NCBI RefSeq assembly: GCF_009665255.1 | Contig: NZ_CP035686.1 | Coordinates: 994,973-1,026,972 of the forward strand | Reading direction: 5' to 3' | Source of the DNA: Vibrio metoecus | GTDB lineage: Bacteria > Pseudomonadota > Gammaproteobacteria > Enterobacterales > Vibrionaceae | Length of the DNA stretch: 32,000 bases | Shown here: positions 27,154-32,000 of the stretch, one piece after another | How the letters are laid out: each line of letters begins with the position of its first letter | Position numbering within the stretch: position 1 is the first letter of the stretch | The notes under the pieces: model-generated | Seen by the model: the letters and a program-made list of their open reading frames with translations, nothing else | What the model was told of the DNA's origin: nothing | The model's database searches: none | Program-made: the position numbers and the translations under genes

Positions 27154-29508
27154 TTAACGTGCGCGTTGTGTCTGGCGTTGAGTATTACCACGGCTGGCAG
27201 GACGACCAGAACCTTGTGGTTTACCGCCTGTCGCTGAACCACGTTGACCTTGTTGGCCTCGGTTTTGTTCACCGCGAGCAGGTTGGTTGCCCGCAGGCTT
27301 ACTGCCTGTCGGTTTACCACCGGTTGGTTTGCCCTGATTGGATTTATTACCGCTGTTCGGACGACCTTGGCCGCCAGATTTGTTACCACGTAGCGCATCA
27401 AAACCCGGTTGGCTATGAGTATGCTTGGTCGCAAAACGATTCGCGCCATGACGACCTGATTTGCGGCTTTGTGCTGGGGTGACTAGGTCTGAATCTTTCT
27501 CTGGGATCAGACACTCAGGGCGGTCACCAATCAGATGACGTTTGCCCATCGCAATCAGCGCTTCGCGAATCATCGGCCAGTTGGCTGGATCATGGTAGCG
27601 TAGCAGTGCTTTATGCAAGCGACGTTGCGCTTCACCTTTCGCGACTGGCACTTTTTCCGGTTTCTTGTATTTCACGCGTTTCAGCGGGTTCACTTCTGCG
27701 TGATACATCGCGGTAGCATTACACATTGGCGATGGGTAGAAGTTCTGCACTTGGTCACAACGGTAGTTGTTGGATTTCAGCCACAGCGCGAGGTTGACCA
27801 TGTCTTCATCTTCAGTACCCGGGTGAGCGGCGATGAAGTAAGGGATCAGATACTGTTTTTTGCCCGCTTCAGCACTGTATTTTTCAAACAGCTCTTTAAA
27901 GCGATCATAAGTACCCATGCCTGGTTTCATCATCATGCTCAGTGGGCCTTTTTCAGTATGCTCAGGAGCGATCTTCAAATAGCCGCCGACGTGGTGGGTA
28001 ACCAGCTCACGCACATACTCTGGAGATTCAATCGCCAAGTCGTAACGTACACCAGAAGCGATCACCACTTTCTTAATGCCATCCACATCACGCGCTGCAC
28101 GATACAGATCGATAGTGTGTTTGTGGTCGGTATTCAGCTTATGACAGATACCCGGGAACACACAGCTTGGGCGACGACAGTTCGCTTCCGCTTTCGGATC
28201 TGAACAGCCGAGGCGGTACATGTTCGCTGTCGGGCCACCCAAGTCCGAAATCACACCGGTGAAGCCCGGCACTTTGTCACGGATTTCTTTCAGCTCGTTG
28301 ATGATTGACTCTTGTGAACGGTTCTGGATGATGCGTCCTTCGTGCTCAGTGATAGAACAGAATGAACAGCCACCAAAACAGCCACGCATGATGTTGACCG
28401 AGGTTTTGATCATGTCATACGCCGGAATTTTCGCATCGCCATATTTAGGGTGCGGTACACGGGCGTAGTACAGGCCAAACACGAAATCCATCTCTTCCGT
28501 GGTGAGTGGGATCGGTGCTTGGTTAACCCACAGTTCACGATCGCCATGACGCTGAACCAGCGCACGACCAGAATAAGGGTTGGTTTCTAAGTGCAATACG
28601 CGGCTAGCGTGCGCGTACAAAATACGGTCATTGACCAGCTTTTCAAACGAAGGTAGACGCACCGCAGTGGTTTTCGCATCGTGACGTGATGGACGAATGG
28701 TGATGGGTTTGGCTTCTTCTTTTTCATCACCTTTGGTTGTGCACTGCGTTTCCACTTCATACGGGTTGCTTGGCACAAACGGTTTGTTTGGCTGATCAAT
28801 TCGGGTGGAATCGATGATCTTAAAGTGTTCTGGTACCTGTGCCAGATTGACAGCCGTGCCGCGTACATCAACCATCTTATTGATCGATTCGCCATTGGCT
28901 AAGCGGTGAGCCACTTCAACCAGCGCACGCTCTGCGTTACCAAACAACAAAATATCGGCTTTCGCATCTAGCAAAATTGAGCGGCGAACTTTGTCTGACC
29001 AGTAATCGTAATGCGCGACACGGCGCAAGCTGGCTTCAATACCGCCAAGCACAATCGGCACATCTTTATAGGCTTCACGGCAACGTTGTGAGTAAACCAA
29101 TGAACAACGATCAGGACGCATGCCGCCTTTGTTGTTTGGGGTGTACGCATCGTCGTGACGAATTTTTTTATCCGCAGTGTAGCGGTTGATCATTGAGTCC
29201 ATGTTACCGGCAGTCACACCGAAAAACAGGTTCGGTTTGCCAAGCGCCATGAAGGCATCTTTAGTTTGCCATTCTGGCTGCGCAATGATCCCAACTCGGA
29301 AGCCTTGTGCTTCGAGCAAGCGGCCGATGATAGCCATACCAAAGCTTGGGTGATCAACATAAGCGTCGCCAGTTACAATAATAACGTCACAGCTATCCCA
29401 GCCTAATTGGTCCATTTCTTCACGACTGGTCGGTAAAAATGGTGCTGTGCCGAAACACTCGGCCCAGTACTTTTTGTAGTGGTGGATAGGGGTTACTTCG
29501 CTGTGCAT
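27154..29508 (-). CDS. ygiQ: YgiQ-family (UPF0313) radical SAM protein with basic low-complexity C-terminal tail
   Basis: The 784-aa ORF has an N-terminal YgiQ-type domain ([23 protein letters not shown]) and the radical SAM cluster motif CFGGCSFCS. The C-terminal ~112 aa form a G/K/Q/R/P-rich tail. Confidence 0.9.
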   Translation of the reverse strand: MHSEVTPIHHYKKYWAECFGTAPFLPTSREEMDQLGWDSCDVIIVTGDAYVDHPSFGMAIIGRLLEAQGFRVGIIAQPEWQTKDAFMALGKPNLFFGVTAGNMDSMINRYTADKKIRHDDAYTPNNKGGMRPDRCSLVYSQRCREAYKDVPIVLGGIEASLRRVAHYDYWSDKVRRSILLDAKADILLFGNAERALVEVAHRLANGESINKMVDVRGTAVNLAQVPEHFKIIDSTRIDQPNKPFVPSNPYEVETQCTTKGDEKEEAKPITIRPSRHDAKTTAVRLPSFEKLVNDRILYAHASRVLHLETNPYSGRALVQRHGDRELWVNQAPIPLTTEEMDFVFGLYYARVPHPKYGDAKIPAYDMIKTSVNIMRGCFGGCSFCSITEHEGRIIQNRSQESIINELKEIRDKVPGFTGVISDLGGPTANMYRLGCSDPKAEANCRRPSCVFPGICHKLNTDHKHTIDLYRAARDVDGIKKVVIASGVRYDLAIESPEYVRELVTHHVGGYLKIAPEHTEKGPLSMMMKPGMGTYDRFKELFEKYSAEAGKKQYLIPYFIAAHPGTEDEDMVNLALWLKSNNYRCDQVQNFYPSPMCNATAMYHAEVNPLKRVKYKKPEKVPVAKGEAQRRLHKALLRYHDPANWPMIREALIAMGKRHLIGDRPECLIPEKDSDLVTPAQSRKSGRHGANRFATKHTHSQPGFDALRGNKSGGQGRPNSGNKSNQGKPTGGKPTGSKPAGNQPARGEQNRGQQGQRGSATGGKPQGSGRPASRGNTQRQTQRAR

Positions 29509-29789
29509 ATTTTGGCCTCAAGATTAAGAGGGCGGCATTATAGCGGCTTGCAAGGCCAGTATCTACCGTAACATCGCCCCGAAATTTTTGGGGGTTTATT
29601 TTTAGCAACAGGTACGAGCTCTCGCTAAACCCGCTTACTAAGCAAGAGAAAACTGGCAGCTTAGCGCCAGACAACTAATACTTTAGTTAGAGTGCAGGCC
29701 GTATTATGCGTTAGAGTTAATGGTATGTCAGTGAAAGCTGCTTTAAGGTGAGCATAGAATAAACTTACGTCATCAGTTAGGGATGCAGG

Positions 29790-32000
29790 ATGAATGTGAA
29801 CTTATTAACCGCACAATCACAGATTTCCGGTTCACAACCTCGTTATATTCCAGTGGATTGGTGCTATGAGGTGACCAGTCAACACATGGATTATGATGTG
29901 GTGATGTGGCAATCATTGGTGGGGGAGCATTGCCCTATCGGTAAACCTGAGGATTTTCTGGAGTATCTACCACTTACTCAGCGTGAGCACGCTGCCCGTT
30001 TCTTGGCACAAGCGAATACGGCCCCTCAGAGCGTGAACAGCTTGTTAGTGAGTGCGGAAAAACTGGTTGCGTTGGTGGCGTTTACGGTTGAAGAGGTCAG
30101 CAGTCACATCATCAGTGGCAGCATTACCCCACTGCTGATTTTCCATTCTGGTATGGAATCCGCTTTCGCATTTGATGCTTTATTTGATAATAGCCACCAC
30201 GGTGTGGTGATTACGGATGAGCAAACCCGAATATTGGCCTGTAACCGCTATTTCGAGCAGCAGACGGGCTACCAACAAAGTGACTTACTGGGTTTAAAAA
30301 CCAGTGTGTTTAATTCAGGTAAGCATTCGCAACACTTTTATCTCGACATGTGGCACCAACTGCGTGAACAAGGTTGGTGGAGTGGTACGATTTTATCTCA
30401 GCGCGCTTCTGGTGAAATTTGGCCACAAGATCTTCTGGTTAAACGATTGAGTCCACAGAAAGATCAAACATTTTATATCGGCTTTACCACCGATCTCGCG
30501 CAGCATCTGGATCGGGTGATTGATAAACAAGCCGGTGATATTGAGCTTCTGACTCAATTGCCTACCTTAACCAAGTTTGTTGAGCTGCTAAAACAGCGTG
30601 CTCTGCCTTCGGCAACCGCCACCAGTTTCGTGTTAGCCATACAGCCGCAATTCAGTAGCGACAGATATTATGCGGAAATTCGTCGGCTAGCGGGCAGTTT
30701 GGCGAAAAATGAGCAGGTTCAGCTATGTGGTTATCATGGCGAGGGGATTTTTCTGTGCCTATTAGAATCGGAGAAAGAGGGCGATCATCCGGCGTTAAAT
30801 GGTTTGCATCGCACCTTGCGGCAGTTTTTTGCTGAGTTGTATCAACGTGGTGGCCAGGTCGTGCATCAAGCCATGACCAAAGGACGGCTTGGGGTATCCG
30901 TATTGGGGATGGATACGGATAAGGTGGAGCGCCTAATTTCACACGCAGTACAAGCTATGTTAGAGCATCACGCGGGAGAGAGTCGGCATATTAATTTTTA
31001 TGACCGCGCGATTCATCAACAAATCGAGCGGCGAAAATCGTTGGAAAAGTGGGTTCAAAAATGGATAGAAAACGAAGATGTTGATGTTTTCTATCAACCG
31101 ATTATTGATAGCCAAACATGGTCAATTGTGAAGTTTGAGGCGCTCTGCCGTTTTCAGGCGCCAGATGTTTTGCATGCCACAACTCAGGAGTTGATCTCGA
31201 TTGCGGAAGAGTTGGAGTTGATCGACCAATTGGATTGCTTAGTGGGGCGTAAGGCATTAAATGATTTATCGAAAATTCAAACGTTATTTGGCCACCATGT
31301 TGGCCTTACTGTTAACCGTTCGCTGAACAGCCATCTGGGGCCTGAGCAAATACTGCGTAATGCCGCCAACCTGATTGCGACCCAGCCCTGCCACGCCAAA
31401 AGTATTACTGTTGAATTAACGGAAAGTGCTTATTTTGATTTTCATACCCATGGTAACCAAGTCATCGAAAACTTAAGAGCTATGGGCGTGACCATTGCGA
31501 TTGATGATTTTGGAAAGGGTTTTTCATCATTCACTTACTTGACGGAATGCCAGTTTGATTTCCTGAAGATAGATCGTGAATTTGTGTCAGGGATTGAAAT
31601 TGGTTCACGCCGTTATGCGATTGTCAAAATGATGACTGACTTAGCGCATACGCTTGGGGTTAAGGTGGTGGCGGAAGGTGTTGAAACTGAATATGAAGTG
31701 CATGTTCTCAAATCACTAGGGGTGGATTTACTGCAAGGCTTTTTCTTTACCGAGCCGTTGCCACTGCATAACCTCATTCATGCGATGGAGTATCGCAAAC
31801 ACTTTAAGCTGGCAACTCGTGAGGAGGAAAAACAGCACCAAGAACCTACATCACTGCAAAGTTTGGCGATGTTCACTCAATATCGACTCGACCCCGGAGA
31901 CCCTCTTTCGCTTGCGGTGGAGTATTTTAAGGCCACTCAATCCGATGTTCTGCCGGTGGTGACTGCTGGCGAGTGTGTCGGCTTAGTTGATAGGGCATCA
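29790..32000 (+). CDS. PAS / degenerate GGDEF / EAL / CBS signalling protein, partial (continues beyond the window)
   Basis: I translated this frame by hand and found 737 codons with no stop from the ATG at 29790, with an in-frame TAG 12 nt upstream. Motifs are: PAS (VVITDEQTRILACNRYFEQQTGY), GEGIF in place of GGDEF (30738-30752), FYQPII, EAL (31137-31145, as EALCR), ELTES, DDFGKG (31503-31520), KIDREF, AEGVET and QGFFF. A CBS-like segment (VLPVVTAGECVGLVDRAS) lies at the window edge. The ORF is absent from the supplied track because it has no stop in the window. Confidence 0.88.
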   Translation, partial: MNVNLLTAQSQISGSQPRYIPVDWCYEVTSQHMDYDVVMWQSLVGEHCPIGKPEDFLEYLPLTQREHAARFLAQANTAPQSVNSLLVSAEKLVALVAFTVEEVSSHIISGSITPLLIFHSGMESAFAFDALFDNSHHGVVITDEQTRILACNRYFEQQTGYQQSDLLGLKTSVFNSGKHSQHFYLDMWHQLREQGWWSGTILSQRASGEIWPQDLLVKRLSPQKDQTFYIGFTTDLAQHLDRVIDKQAGDIELLTQLPTLTKFVELLKQRALPSATATSFVLAIQPQFSSDRYYAEIRRLAGSLAKNEQVQLCGYHGEGIFLCLLESEKEGDHPALNGLHRTLRQFFAELYQRGGQVVHQAMTKGRLGVSVLGMDTDKVERLISHAVQAMLEHHAGESRHINFYDRAIHQQIERRKSLEKWVQKWIENEDVDVFYQPIIDSQTWSIVKFEALCRFQAPDVLHATTQELISIAEELELIDQLDCLVGRKALNDLSKIQTLFGHHVGLTVNRSLNSHLGPEQILRNAANLIATQPCHAKSITVELTESAYFDFHTHGNQVIENLRAMGVTIAIDDFGKGFSSFTYLTECQFDFLKIDREFVSGIEIGSRRYAIVKMMTDLAHTLGVKVVAEGVETEYEVHVLKSLGVDLLQGFFFTEPLPLHNLIHAMEYRKHFKLATREEEKQHQEPTSLQSLAMFTQYRLDPGDPLSLAVEYFKATQSDVLPVVTAGECVGLVDRAS

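Noticed and set aside
27117-27482. Two overlapping ORFs of 107-110 aa (27117..27449 on the minus strand, 27159..27482 on the plus strand) at the 3' end of ygiQ.
   Set aside because: They are artefacts of the repetitive low-complexity DNA that encodes the YgiQ C-terminal tail. The frame continuous with the conserved YgiQ core is the real one.
1-32000. A search for mobile elements, CRISPR arrays, tRNA/rRNA genes, integrases, toxin-antitoxin pairs or defence-island signatures.
   Set aside because: I found no direct-repeat/spacer arrays, no tRNA-like T-arm or GTTCGAATC-type motif, and no transposase, recombinase or nuclease-like ORFs. Every large ORF is a conserved housekeeping or regulatory gene, in an order syntenic with E. 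coli and V. cholerae as I recall them.

Overview
The window looks like core chromosome from a Vibrio of the cholerae clade, about 47% GC. Gene order is aroA, yciN, topA, glgC-glgA, an alpha/beta hydrolase, a DUF2007/TVP38 pair, tfoY with its c-di-GMP riboswitch, purR, torD/torR, elyC, cmoM-mukF-mukE-mukB, an iron alcohol dehydrogenase, an AraC regulator, a cupin, an Lrp/LysE pair, ygiQ, and a PAS/degenerate-GGDEF/EAL/CBS protein that runs off the right edge. The elyC-cmoM-mukFEB, yciN-topA and torR-torD arrangements match E. coli synteny as I recall it. I found no transposase, integrase, phage gene, CRISPR array, tRNA/rRNA, toxin-antitoxin pair or recognisable defence cassette, and no compositional island, so I cannot support a claim of a new multi-gene system here. 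Four things are not explained by the supplied ORF track. (1) A GEMM-I c-di-GMP riboswitch sits in the tfoY leader, overlapped by a spurious 64-aa ORF. (2) A reading frame of at least 737 codons at 29790..32000 is missing from the track because it has no stop in the window. (3) A 664-bp ORF-free spacer between topA and glgC contains a tract with 9 GGA motifs in 118 nt on the minus strand. That pattern resembles a CsrA sponge, or a CU-rich anti-SD leader if read on the plus strand. It is the most speculative and potentially new observation. (4) Several strong inverted repeats or hairpins lie in the purR-tfoY and torD-purR spacers. All homology statements come from reading the translations and from memory of the protein families. 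No database search was run.
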